Below are positions 36,171 to 45,467 of a stretch of 64,000 nt of DNA, piece after piece (the first letter of the stretch is position 1; each line of letters starts with the position of its first letter). Below the pieces are notes generated by a model. The model was given only the letters and a program-made list of their open reading frames with translations. It made no database searches and was not told where the DNA came from. The position numbers and the translations under genes are program-made. Where the stretch lies: positions 6,383 to 70,382 of the forward strand of contig JALRLV010000001.1 in NCBI GenBank assembly GCA_023268715.1, given 5' to 3'. This DNA is from Candidatus Thalassarchaeaceae archaeon (lineage in GTDB: Archaea; Thermoplasmatota; Poseidoniia; Poseidoniales; Thalassarchaeaceae).

Positions 36171-38618
36171 ATGAAAGCACTGTTGACAAAGAGGCTTTTT
36201 CGAAGCCTTTGGCGTACTAAGTTACGGTTGGTTGCGGTAGTGCTTATCATAATGGTCGGAGTGATGTCGGGTATAGCATTCGGCCATTACGCACACATGA
36301 CAACAAACATGTATTCCGAAATCTATGAAGACTCCGAAAAAGGAGTTAATTTAGCAGATATTTGGGTCGAAAATCCGAGGGCTGTTTGGGATTTAGAAGA
36401 ATCTGAAATTTTATGTGAAAAAATTTCGCAACAATGGGCAAATTCAGAATTACCTATGGTAGAATGTGAACCTCGTTTAGTTCTCGAAGGTCTATTAATA
36501 GCCACAGAAGATGATGGCTCAGAGCGGCTGGTGCCAGGTGTTTGGCACGGAATCGATGAAGGGTATGTAGATCGAGTTTGGATGCCTGATGATTCATGTT
36601 GTGAGGGTCGTCTAGCGGAGTCCCATGATGAAATAGTACTCGATGCCCATGTGGTTGAGGGATTAGGTTTCGAAGTTGGCGATACTGTTACAATCGGCGC
36701 GGGTCAAGGAACTTTGAATTTCACAATAGTAGGATTTGGGTATCACCCAATGCATCTTTATTTTGCAGCCCCAGGGTCGATAGTTCCGGCTGAATCTGGT
36801 ACTTTTGCAACAGGATACCTAACTTCATCAGGATTAGAAGCATTAGCAAACGTATCTGCAGGAACTGCAAATATACTCTTGATTGATGTTTTGGGGACTC
36901 CCGATTATGATTTACAATCGACAGATGAGAAAGAAGGGGAAGAACTCTCAGCAATTATTGATTCGATGACAATTACAGTTACTGAAATCGACCAATCCGC
37001 AATTATCTACGATCGTTCGGGGGTAGAATCGGTAGAATTCCTTAGGGCTGATGCGGAAGGTGCGATGAAAACCTATCCTGTAATTACAGCAATGCTGGTA
37101 CTAGTTGCTGGAATTACAATATTTTTGAGTCTACAAAGATTAATTCAATCGCAAGCAAGAGAAATTGCGATTCTTAGGACACTAGGAATACCGCGTTCAG
37201 CGATTATGCCGTCTTACGTTTTAGCGCCAATGGGAATAGGTTTCTTCGGAACAATTCTCGGAATAATTGGTGGAATATTCTTGGGCTCTCCGGCAATGGA
37301 ACTAGTTTATACCAACGTAATGGGAATACCAATTATTGGTGACAATTATTCATTTACGCAAGTCTTTGAAATTTCGATAATTACCATGCTTCTTGTTATG
37401 TTCTCAGGAATTAGACCTGCCTGGCAGGCTGCTAATTTAGACCCCTTGAAAGTCCTTAGAGGACAAGCCGAAGTCAAGTTGTCGTCCAAAGCAATGCAGC
37501 AATTCACTTCGAAACTTCCAACCACAATTGGACTTACAATTAGGTCAAGTACCCGTAAACCAATTCGTTTGGCTTTCACCTTCTTTGCGGTTGGATTATC
37601 GATGCTAATTCTCGGCTCAATGCTATTTATGATGGATTCAATGGAGAATGTTTTCATCGGCAATGCTGATGAGAGTTCCAACTGGGATCAACAAGCAATA
37701 ATATATCCTGGAATGGAAGTAGAAATTGTAGAATGGGCGGAAGACAATTCAATCGATTACGAACTATTACTTACATTACCTGCAAATCCTGATGGTGATT
37801 CTCGGCAATTAACAGCAATGGGTTTTGACGTATTTTCGACGTCAGGAAATCAAGCTATGCAGACATTGAGTTTGATTGAAGGAGATTTGCCGAATCAGGG
37901 CAGTGACCCTCCAGAGGCGTTAGTTGACGAAGGAATACAACATTTTCTTGGATGGGAAGTTGGAGAAGTGCAGTCAATCAGATTTGGTTCACAACTTGTT
38001 GAGTTCAAGATAATTGGAATAACTGAGGGTGAGATTGCTAGAACAGTTTACTTCCATCGGACGGATTTGGCTTCCGAAGTCAACCTAGAGGCAACCTCTG
38101 TAATCTTGTCTTATCCAGAGGAGTTTAATAGAACAAATGAGTTAGGAGATATGTCAATTGGAATTATCGATAAACAACAAACCATTGATGCGATGGAATC
38201 ACTTATCCAACAGCAACAAGGTTTCTTCATTGCGATTCAATTCTTAGGAATCGTAGTCGCAATAGTGGTTTTGTTTAACACTCTAATTATCAACTTAGCA
38301 GAGCGAGATTTGGAATTAGCAACACTCAGAGTTCTAGGCGCACCGATTAGTAGAATTGGTTCGATGATGCTAGGTGAACACTTTGCTATTGGTTTGGTAG
38401 GCGGAGTTTTAGGGGCTATATTTTCAATAGTTGGAACTCAATGGATGATTAGCAGTTTAGTTCAATGGTCATTTTATTTCAAAGTCGATGCCGATCCTTT
38501 GATTTCTTCATACCTAGTTGGAATTGTATTATTTATCTCGGTCGCATTAACTCCTGTAGGTATGTGGAGAGTACACAGAATGGACCTTGTTGAAAAGGTC
38601 AAAGAATTTTCAAATTAA
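36171..38618 (+). CDS. ABC transporter permease with two FtsX/MacB-type domains
   Basis: The protein is 815 aa. Two repeats of a large extracytoplasmic domain followed by a 3-TM FtsX-like bundle are present (REIAILRTLGIPRS... and RDLELATLRVLGAPIS...). A GAGGTGA Shine-Dalgarno-like sequence precedes the ATG. Confidence 0.85.
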   Translation: MKALLTKRLFRSLWRTKLRLVAVVLIIMVGVMSGIAFGHYAHMTTNMYSEIYEDSEKGVNLADIWVENPRAVWDLEESEILCEKISQQWANSELPMVECEPRLVLEGLLIATEDDGSERLVPGVWHGIDEGYVDRVWMPDDSCCEGRLAESHDEIVLDAHVVEGLGFEVGDTVTIGAGQGTLNFTIVGFGYHPMHLYFAAPGSIVPAESGTFATGYLTSSGLEALANVSAGTANILLIDVLGTPDYDLQSTDEKEGEELSAIIDSMTITVTEIDQSAIIYDRSGVESVEFLRADAEGAMKTYPVITAMLVLVAGITIFLSLQRLIQSQAREIAILRTLGIPRSAIMPSYVLAPMGIGFFGTILGIIGGIFLGSPAMELVYTNVMGIPIIGDNYSFTQVFEISIITMLLVMFSGIRPAWQAANLDPLKVLRGQAEVKLSSKAMQQFTSKLPTTIGLTIRSSTRKPIRLAFTFFAVGLSMLILGSMLFMMDSMENVFIGNADESSNWDQQAIIYPGMEVEIVEWAEDNSIDYELLLTLPANPDGDSRQLTAMGFDVFSTSGNQAMQTLSLIEGDLPNQGSDPPEALVDEGIQHFLGWEVGEVQSIRFGSQLVEFKIIGITEGEIARTVYFHRTDLASEVNLEATSVILSYPEEFNRTNELGDMSIGIIDKQQTIDAMESLIQQQQGFFIAIQFLGIVVAIVVLFNTLIINLAERDLELATLRVLGAPISRIGSMMLGEHFAIGLVGGVLGAIFSIVGTQWMISSLVQWSFYFKVDADPLISSYLVGIVLFISVALTPVGMWRVHRMDLVEKVKEFSN

Positions 38619-38631
38619 CACCGGTGATTTG

Positions 38632-39411
38632 ATGCGAGTAGTGACTTGGAATGTTAATGGGATTCGTGCGGCTATTCGAAAAGGCATGGATGATTGGATG
38701 GCTAAAATCGATGCAGATGTTTGGCTATTGCAAGAGGTAAGGGCATTACCTGAACAATTACCTAAGGATTGGGAATTACCTTCTGGACATGAAGTCTTTT
38801 GGCATCCTGCAGAAAAAAAAGGCTACTCGGGAGTAGCATCGTTCTCGCGTGTTGGGATGGAAGTAATTTCAAGAGGAATCGATACTGAATTAGATCCTGA
38901 TGACTTGGAAGGAAGAGTTCTAACCACCAAATCTGGAGGGTTGACTTGCATCAATATCTACCTGCCAAATGGAGGCTCAGGTCCAGCAAGGCAGGCCTAC
39001 AAAGACCAGTGGCTGGAAGATCTATTGGTTTGGGCTAAACAGTATCTGAATTCTTCAAAGCCGGTTGTTTTGGTCGGAGATTTGAATATCGCGCATACAG
39101 AAAATGACATTTGGAATCCAAGTGGAAATCGGATGACATCAGGATTCCTTGACCATGAGAGAGAATGGTTCAGCCGCTTCCTTGATACTGGCTGGCATGA
39201 TTTGCATAGAATTCACTTCGGGGACAGAAAAGGACCCTACACTTGGTGGTCGAATAGAGGTCAAGCAAGGGCTCTAGACAGGGGTTGGCGAATCGATTAT
39301 GTTCTGGCTAACGATGCTGCCTTTTCAGCCTTTGAATCTGCAGAGGTAAGTCGTCAGGCGGGTTTAGATTGTTCTGATCATGCACCTCTGATCATTGACT
39401 TTAATTTCTAA
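38632..39411 (+). CDS. xthA: Exodeoxyribonuclease III / AP endonuclease
   Basis: Motifs seen: MRVVTWNVNGIRA, LLQEV, GDLNIAH and DHAPLIIDF. Start is ATG 38632; the track start at 38587 overlaps the permease gene. Confidence 0.9.
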   Translation: MRVVTWNVNGIRAAIRKGMDDWMAKIDADVWLLQEVRALPEQLPKDWELPSGHEVFWHPAEKKGYSGVASFSRVGMEVISRGIDTELDPDDLEGRVLTTKSGGLTCINIYLPNGGSGPARQAYKDQWLEDLLVWAKQYLNSSKPVVLVGDLNIAHTENDIWNPSGNRMTSGFLDHEREWFSRFLDTGWHDLHRIHFGDRKGPYTWWSNRGQARALDRGWRIDYVLANDAAFSAFESAEVSRQAGLDCSDHAPLIIDFNF

Positions 39412-39424
39412 AAATGGGATTAGT

Positions 39425-40717
39425 ATGCAAACTTCATCAAGTTCTAACTCTCAAAATTCCAAGAAAGCAATTCGTCGTCACGACATTGATTGGCTAAGGG
39501 TTATTCTATTCGGCTTGTTGATACCATTTCATGTGGCGATTGGAGTTTACTGGTCGACTTATGGAACAGAAATGAATCCTAATTTTGAAGAAATATCAGG
39601 TGAAGATAGAGGGGAATTCGCTGAAAATAATAACGACTACACCGCAGAATCGGTCACTTTTACCAGCATGATTTTGCATTGGATGCACCAATGGAGACTT
39701 GCGGCTTTGTTTATGATTTCAGGAATGGGAACAGCCTTCGCTTTCAAAAGAAGATCTTGGAAGGTATTCCTTACAGAAAGATGCAAGCGCTTGCTAATTC
39801 CAATGTTCTTTGGTTCTTGGACAATGGGCTTTGCGGGTTCAGTTATTTTGGGTGAACAAGAAATGACTCTTGCTGGTTTAACAGGAGGGTTTCTATCTGG
39901 AATAATTTGGAGAAGTTTGTTTTTCTGGGTGCCTATTTTTGGTAAATTACTAGCTCTTGGACATCTTTGGTTCCTCTGGAATTTATTCCAATATTCTGTA
40001 ATTCTTATCCCGGTTTTCCATTTGGTTAGGAATAATCCTGAGGGGCAATTGATTAGATTTCTCCGAGCACCATTTAGAATTCCAATGGGAATTGGTATTT
40101 TCATTCTCCTGCCGCTAATTCTAGCATTGACTGAGATTATTTTCAAGCCTTGGTATCCAGGTTTTATCGGAGTTGGTTACGAGTGGTTTTGGTTCTTCGT
40201 TTTCTTTGCATTTGGATATGTTTGCATAACTGCCAAAGATGAGTATTACGAATTTGTTGAGAATCGCAGAATGCAAATTTCGATTCTAACTCTGTTTTGG
40301 ACAATCGCCTTTGTATGGCTTAGATTTGAGCAGCATAATTCCGGTATTCCCTATGTTGATGGAGGTTGGCTTGAAAACAATATTTTCCATAATGGAATGA
40401 CACTCTTAGCCTGTTTAATTCACAGTTTTCATGCATGGTTTTGGTGTCTAACTATCTTTTCTTGGGCGGCTCATTTATTGGACAAGCCTAGCGAAAATCT
40501 CGCATACCTAAATCAGGGTGTGTATCCGTTCTACATTGTACATATGCCACTCACGTTTGCTGGTCTTAGGATTTCAACAGAACTTGGATTGAAAAATTAC
40601 CCTGCGGTAATTATTGCCACTGCATTTGTAATTCTGACTTGTTGGGCATTTTTCGAAGCTGTCAGACGTACAAATGTCAGTAGATTTCTCTTCGGAATTA
40701 AACCCGCAAACCAATAG
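39425..40717 (+). CDS. Acyltransferase family 3 membrane protein
   Basis: RRHDIDWLRVILFGLLIPFHV matches the conserved N-terminal R..D.LR...H motif. About 10 TM helices follow. Start is ATG 39425. Confidence 0.7.
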   Translation: MQTSSSSNSQNSKKAIRRHDIDWLRVILFGLLIPFHVAIGVYWSTYGTEMNPNFEEISGEDRGEFAENNNDYTAESVTFTSMILHWMHQWRLAALFMISGMGTAFAFKRRSWKVFLTERCKRLLIPMFFGSWTMGFAGSVILGEQEMTLAGLTGGFLSGIIWRSLFFWVPIFGKLLALGHLWFLWNLFQYSVILIPVFHLVRNNPEGQLIRFLRAPFRIPMGIGIFILLPLILALTEIIFKPWYPGFIGVGYEWFWFFVFFAFGYVCITAKDEYYEFVENRRMQISILTLFWTIAFVWLRFEQHNSGIPYVDGGWLENNIFHNGMTLLACLIHSFHAWFWCLTIFSWAAHLLDKPSENLAYLNQGVYPFYIVHMPLTFAGLRISTELGLKNYPAVIIATAFVILTCWAFFEAVRRTNVSRFLFGIKPANQ

Positions 40718-40740
40718 GTTTCAGTTGTTGAATTTCTAAC

Positions 40741-40759
40741 CCGCTCCCTTTGGGAGCGG
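40741..40759 (+). terminator. Perfect 8-bp/3-nt-loop hairpin after the stop codon
   Basis: CCGCTCCC-TTT-GGGAGCGG lies 24 nt after the stop at 40717. Confidence 0.35.
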
Positions 40760-40818
40760 AAATTATTGCAGTTTTACTGAACGCATCCTTTCAAGTGAGG
40801 GAGTGTAGGCGGATTCCC

Positions 40819-41613
40819 ATGGCCGAGACTCTATTCGAGAGGCTGAATCGCTTACTCCCAGGTGGAAAGGGTGTTTGGATTCCTATGGATCACGGTATTT
40901 CCGGTTATCCAGAAAAGGGACTCGAAAGGATGGATGAGGTCGTCGACTCGTGTATCGAAGCGGGTGCCGATGCAATAGTTTTACAGAAAGGATCCTTGAG
41001 TCATCACGTCGAAAGAACGGGATGGAATCGTTTTGTTTGTCATGTGTCAGTTTCTACTAAACATGCAGGTGAACGTGCTGGATACAAGGTACGAGTGGCA
41101 ACAGCAGAAGAATGTCTATTCCGAGGAGCAACAGGATGTTCGGCTCAGATTAATCTTGGTGATGAGTACGAACCGGAAATGATTGTCGAAATGGGCGCTT
41201 TGTCCGGCGAGGCAATAGCCCTAGGGATACCTGTGCTCGGTATGGTATATCCCAGAGGAGCAAATCTAATTATCTCCGATGACGACAAAACAGGAGGAAT
41301 TGCACACGCTGCAAGAGTTGCGTGGGAACTAGGTTGCGATATTGTCAAAGTCCCATGGACCGGAGATGCAGAATCTTTTGCCGAAGTATGCTCGGCAGTC
41401 CCGATTCCAGTTCTAATCGCAGGCGGACCGCGCGGAACATCATTCACAGAATTACTCAGAATTGTCGAGCAGTCAATTTCAGCGGGCGGCGCTGGAGTCT
41501 GTATGGGTAGGCAGGTGTTTGGAGCAGATGATCCAGCCTCTAATATTCGCGCTCTTAAAGCAGTGGTTCACGAAGGATTGAGCGCTGTTGAAGCCGCACA
41601 ACATTTGAGGTGA
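40819..41613 (+). CDS. aroA': 2-amino-3,7-dideoxy-D-threo-hept-6-ulosonate (ADH) synthase, DhnA-type class I aldolase
   Basis: Motifs seen: VWIPMDHGIS, MVYPRG, AHAARVAWELGCDIVKV and IAGGP...AGGAGVCMGRQVF. They are similar to the M. jannaschii ADH synthase as I recall it. The gene is adjacent to aroB'. Start is ATG 40819. Confidence 0.8.
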   Translation: MAETLFERLNRLLPGGKGVWIPMDHGISGYPEKGLERMDEVVDSCIEAGADAIVLQKGSLSHHVERTGWNRFVCHVSVSTKHAGERAGYKVRVATAEECLFRGATGCSAQINLGDEYEPEMIVEMGALSGEAIALGIPVLGMVYPRGANLIISDDDKTGGIAHAARVAWELGCDIVKVPWTGDAESFAEVCSAVPIPVLIAGGPRGTSFTELLRIVEQSISAGGAGVCMGRQVFGADDPASNIRALKAVVHEGLSAVEAAQHLR

Positions 41614-41617
41614 TTGT

Positions 41618-42553
41618 TTGCAATTGTGGCTTGAGGGGAAGGGATCCTCTGAACTTGCCGAGAGAGCAGATAGAGTATGGAAAACCTCAGACCATGACGT
41701 AGCGGAAGTTCACCTCGATGATTTCCACGGTCAGGATGAAGCCATCTCACTAGTTGGTATGATTGATTGGATTTTGGTTCGATGTTCGGATTGGACTATG
41801 ATTCCTCTTGAGAACATCGTAGCTGCAGCCGCGGGGAGCGGCACTAGAATCGCGGCTGCAATTTCACAAATCGTAGACCTGAGTGGAGCAGCCTTTGCAT
41901 TGCAACATGGTGTTGATGCATTGCTACTTCCTGCTGAGGAAGAATTGTGGGATGCAGCAGAGGAGATTTCTGGAGAGAAGGCTTCTGTCCAAATGGAAGA
42001 AAGAAAGCCCGTTCCATCACTGGTTATGGCAAATGTAACCAATGTTGAATCAGGGGGTGTAGGTGAACGAATCTGTGTTGATTTGACAGAGAGACTTTCG
42101 GAAGGAGAAGGCATGCTAATTGGTTCTTCTGCAAATGCATTAGCTTTGATTCATGGAGAAACTATTCCCTCTGAATTTGTTCCATCAAGACCATTTCGGG
42201 TTAATGCAGGGGCGGTACACGCCTACTGCTTGATGGCCGATGGCTCATCAAAATATCTCAGTGAATTAACTGCAGGCGACCAAGTTGCAATCGCAAATCA
42301 CTCTAATGAAATTCGTAGTGCTACTATCGGTCGCCTGAAAATCGAGAGGAGGCCATTTCTTTTGGTTCATTTTGAATGGAATAATCAATCGGCACAAGTG
42401 CTTTTACAACAGGCCGAAACTGTACGCTTCATCAATGAAGAAGGAACCATCAGCGTCACCTCAATCCAGAAAGGAGATAATATCGCTGTACGATTTTCCT
42501 CGGGTATGCGCCACATAGGTCGAGAACTAGTAGGAGAGATGAATGAGAGATGA
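41618..42553 (+). CDS. aroB': 3-dehydroquinate synthase II (archaeal type)
   Basis: Motifs seen: DWTMIPLENIVA, GEGMLIGSSANALALIHGET, SRPFRVNAGAVHAY, KYLSELTAGD, GRLKIERRPFLLV and LQQAETVRFI. These are strong matches to the archaeal DHQS-II family. Confidence 0.9.
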   Translation: MQLWLEGKGSSELAERADRVWKTSDHDVAEVHLDDFHGQDEAISLVGMIDWILVRCSDWTMIPLENIVAAAAGSGTRIAAAISQIVDLSGAAFALQHGVDALLLPAEEELWDAAEEISGEKASVQMEERKPVPSLVMANVTNVESGGVGERICVDLTERLSEGEGMLIGSSANALALIHGETIPSEFVPSRPFRVNAGAVHAYCLMADGSSKYLSELTAGDQVAIANHSNEIRSATIGRLKIERRPFLLVHFEWNNQSAQVLLQQAETVRFINEEGTISVTSIQKGDNIAVRFSSGMRHIGRELVGEMNER

Positions 42554-43413
42554 AGGTCTACGGTTCGGGTAGGGCTCATGCTGGAATCAGTCTTCTCCAT
42601 GCTCTTGGTTGTGGCAATGGTTGCTCTACTCCAATCGAACTTTGGACCTATGTTGGTTTAGTGGAAGGTCGTTCGATTCCCGAGGGTGATCAACACAATC
42701 TGCTTCAATTGTTGCTCGAAGCTTGGAAAGAACGAGATTTACCGCTTCCTTCAGGTGAACTTGGTTGGCTTGTCAAGTCGGACATACCAACAGGGAGGGG
42801 GCTGAAATCCAGTTCAGCATTATTGATGGCTGCAGTAAACGCACTATCTACAGGAAATTCGGTAATTCTGAGTGATTCTGTGATATTCAATCTAATTTCA
42901 GCGATTCAAACAAAGGCCGGTTGTAGTATCTCAGGAGGTAGAGACGATATCGCATGTACTTATTTTCCTGCTACTTGGATAGTAGATGCAAATGCGGCAG
43001 GAACCGGAATAATTGACCAAATTGAGTTTCCAGAAAAGGAAGTGATAATTGTACTTAGAAAAATGCAGAAGGGCGATGTAGACACACAATCATTTGAGAA
43101 TCTCCGGCCAAGGTTTGAACAAATTGTTTTGAAATTAAGAAATGGCTCTCCTATAGATGCCTTCAGGATGAACGGACAAGCAGTTGCTGAGGCGATGGGA
43201 GATGAAGAGGCATTGAGTATCTGCGAAGATATTGAACTTCGATTTGGTTGCCCTGCTGCGATTTCGGGTTCTGGTCCAGCAATCGCCATTCTCTGCGGGC
43301 CTGAGCAGACAGAACCCGTTAAGCAACATCTCAAATCCGAAGGGTTAGAATTTGTTCACACACGAACTCATCATGGAGTTGAACTTCACTGGGAGAGGGA
43401 AGAATGGGAATGA
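42550..43413 (+). CDS. aroK: Shikimate kinase, archaeal GHMP-kinase type
   Basis: The GHMP motif IPTGRGLKSSSALLMA is present. The gene overlaps aroB' by 4 nt and overlaps aroC. Confidence 0.8.
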   Translation: MKVYGSGRAHAGISLLHALGCGNGCSTPIELWTYVGLVEGRSIPEGDQHNLLQLLLEAWKERDLPLPSGELGWLVKSDIPTGRGLKSSSALLMAAVNALSTGNSVILSDSVIFNLISAIQTKAGCSISGGRDDIACTYFPATWIVDANAAGTGIIDQIEFPEKEVIIVLRKMQKGDVDTQSFENLRPRFEQIVLKLRNGSPIDAFRMNGQAVAEAMGDEEALSICEDIELRFGCPAAISGSGPAIAILCGPEQTEPVKQHLKSEGLEFVHTRTHHGVELHWEREEWE

Positions 43414-44507
43414 GGCTAGGAGACTCTGTCCGCGTGACTCTCTTTGGAGAAAGTCACGGAAAATGTGTAGGCGCTCTGGTAGAGGGAATTCCGGCTGGAA
43501 CAGAGATTGATTTACAGGCATTGAACGAAGATATTGCAAGAAGAAAACCTGGAAGAAAAGGTCTCAGTATGCGTTCCGAATCTGACGAATGCGAGATTCT
43601 TTCGGGAGTCCATGAAGGGAAAGCAACAGGTTGGCCCATTCTTCTGCTTACTTGGAATTCCAATGCTAAATCTAAGGATTACAGTTTCCTTCCTGATCAA
43701 CCTCGTCCAGGACATGCTGACCTTCCAGAAATGGTTCGTACAGATGGTGCAGCCGACTTGCGAGGAGGGGGCTCTCAATCGGCTAGATTGACCTACGGAT
43801 TGGTGACTGCAGCCAGCCAATTACGAGGATTGTTGAATCATGCTGGCTGGAGAGTTGACGCCCATTTACACAGTGTTGGTGATTTACAATCTAAACCATT
43901 GTTTCTACTTGATAGAGATATAGACCAGGATGTGGATTCTGCAATGGCCCGATTGAATTGTAGAGACGAAGAGGCTGCTGACTTATTTTCGAAATATATC
44001 GAGGAAGTCAGGATGGATCAAGACTCGGTCGGTTCTAGTGTAGAATGCATTATTGTAGGATTACCAATAGGCGTAGGAGAACCTTGGTTTGATGGTCTAG
44101 AACCTGCTTTAGCACGAGGTATGATGGCTATTCCCGGTGCTCGTGCTGTTGAATTTTCTAGAGGTGTTCAAGCCTCAAAGATGAGAGGTTCTGAACATAA
44201 TGATGCCTGGCATTTCGATGGCATAACTCCTGAGTTAGAAGGTTCAGAATCGGCTCAAGCCGATGGTGCCCTGGGCGGCAGGTCAACCGGTGCCCCAATT
44301 CGAGTTGTTGTGCACTTCAAACCACCAAGCAGCATAGCCCGAGAACAATCTACACTACACCTACCTAGTGGAGAACAACGTCCGCTACAAGTAGGTGGAA
44401 GACATGACCCTGTCTTGGGTCCTCGAGCCGTACCTGTTGTAGAGGCTATTGCTAGATTAGTTGTAGCGGATTTGGGTATAATTGGTGGATTCCTGAATCC
44501 AAAGTAA
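43404..44507 (+). CDS. aroC: Chorismate synthase
   Basis: Motifs seen: RVTLFGESHG, RPGHAD, GGGSQSAR and GGRHDPVLGPRAVPV. Confidence 0.92.
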   Translation: MGMRLGDSVRVTLFGESHGKCVGALVEGIPAGTEIDLQALNEDIARRKPGRKGLSMRSESDECEILSGVHEGKATGWPILLLTWNSNAKSKDYSFLPDQPRPGHADLPEMVRTDGAADLRGGGSQSARLTYGLVTAASQLRGLLNHAGWRVDAHLHSVGDLQSKPLFLLDRDIDQDVDSAMARLNCRDEEAADLFSKYIEEVRMDQDSVGSSVECIIVGLPIGVGEPWFDGLEPALARGMMAIPGARAVEFSRGVQASKMRGSEHNDAWHFDGITPELEGSESAQADGALGGRSTGAPIRVVVHFKPPSSIAREQSTLHLPSGEQRPLQVGGRHDPVLGPRAVPVVEAIARLVVADLGIIGGFLNPK

Positions 44508-44517
44508 ATCAGAGGAC

Positions 44518-45309
44518 TCACTTGTTTGCTCGTCCTTCTTGCATTTGCTGTAGGCGGAGAGGCAAGTTTACTGCGAATGCGGCGGCAATTACTGTGAAAA
44601 CCATTGCTGTTCCGAGCGCTACACCATAAACGGAAGTTAATTCCACAGATTCTCTCAATCTGTTGGCCTGAACACCATCGAAGATGCCAACCATTGCGGG
44701 AATGATTAGATTGATGAGAAGGGTTAGCAAGGCCACTAATCCTGCCACAATTGGAGTAATTCCAATCGCTCGGTAATATTGTCTGATTATTTTCCCTTCA
44801 CCCATTACGTATACTTCACCAGTTCTAATTGAGGTATCCAACATTGAGAATCGAATGATTCCGTTGGTAAGTTCAAAGTACATTACTAGGAAAACAGCGT
44901 AGGCAATTAGCAATATTTTCTGTAAAATCTCTTGTTCTGGTAGCAGGTTGAATCCGAACTCTACCTTGCTTCCTGCGAATCTTAGGGTTACCAGTAGCAT
45001 TGCTACGTAAGAGACTAACAATGCTCTCTGATCACGCTGGAATATTCCATAAGCTCCTCCGATAGCGCCAATGATCATAATCGAGATGTGAATAATTCCT
45101 CCAATTATTGGAATCCCAATTAAATTTGCAATGGCAAACCAAGCGGTTCCGGATACTGGAGTGAATAGTAGAGTTAGAGCAGTTAGTAGTACTAGACATC
45201 CTGCCGAACTTAATTGTAAATTAGTCACAGTTCGGTTAGCTGGAAGGAATTTCATCGAAGATACAATAGGTCCTCCAAAGAAAGACTCAATCCAAGATGG
45301 TACATGCAC
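44518..45309 (-). CDS. Polytopic membrane protein (hypothetical), last gene of the MoxR operon
   Basis: The 263-aa ORF starts at GTG 45309 and has about 6 TM helices. The frame stays open upstream for more than 200 nt without an ATG, GTG or TTG (see findings). Confidence 0.55.
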   Translation of the reverse strand: MHVPSWIESFFGGPIVSSMKFLPANRTVTNLQLSSAGCLVLLTALTLLFTPVSGTAWFAIANLIGIPIIGGIIHISIMIIGAIGGAYGIFQRDQRALLVSYVAMLLVTLRFAGSKVEFGFNLLPEQEILQKILLIAYAVFLVMYFELTNGIIRFSMLDTSIRTGEVYVMGEGKIIRQYYRAIGITPIVAGLVALLTLLINLIIPAMVGIFDGVQANRLRESVELTSVYGVALGTAMVFTVIAAAFAVNLPLRLQQMQEGRANK

Positions 45310-45467
45310 TTCCGGAATAGCATCTTGAGGGATATCGGTACTAGACTTTAGTCGACCGGCTGCCTTTTTCCTGCTTGGAGCCGATGATCTAACTGTCTTT
45401 CCATCGTATAGATGGGAAGTATCAGAACTACCTTCTACTTTGACGTCGTCTGCGATAATTTCACCCC

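Noticed and set aside
38813-38820. A8 homopolymer inside xthA as a potential slippage or phase-variation site.
   Set aside because: It encodes the in-frame conserved segment PAEKKGYSG. It is a single short run in a housekeeping gene, and there is no evidence of frame disruption.
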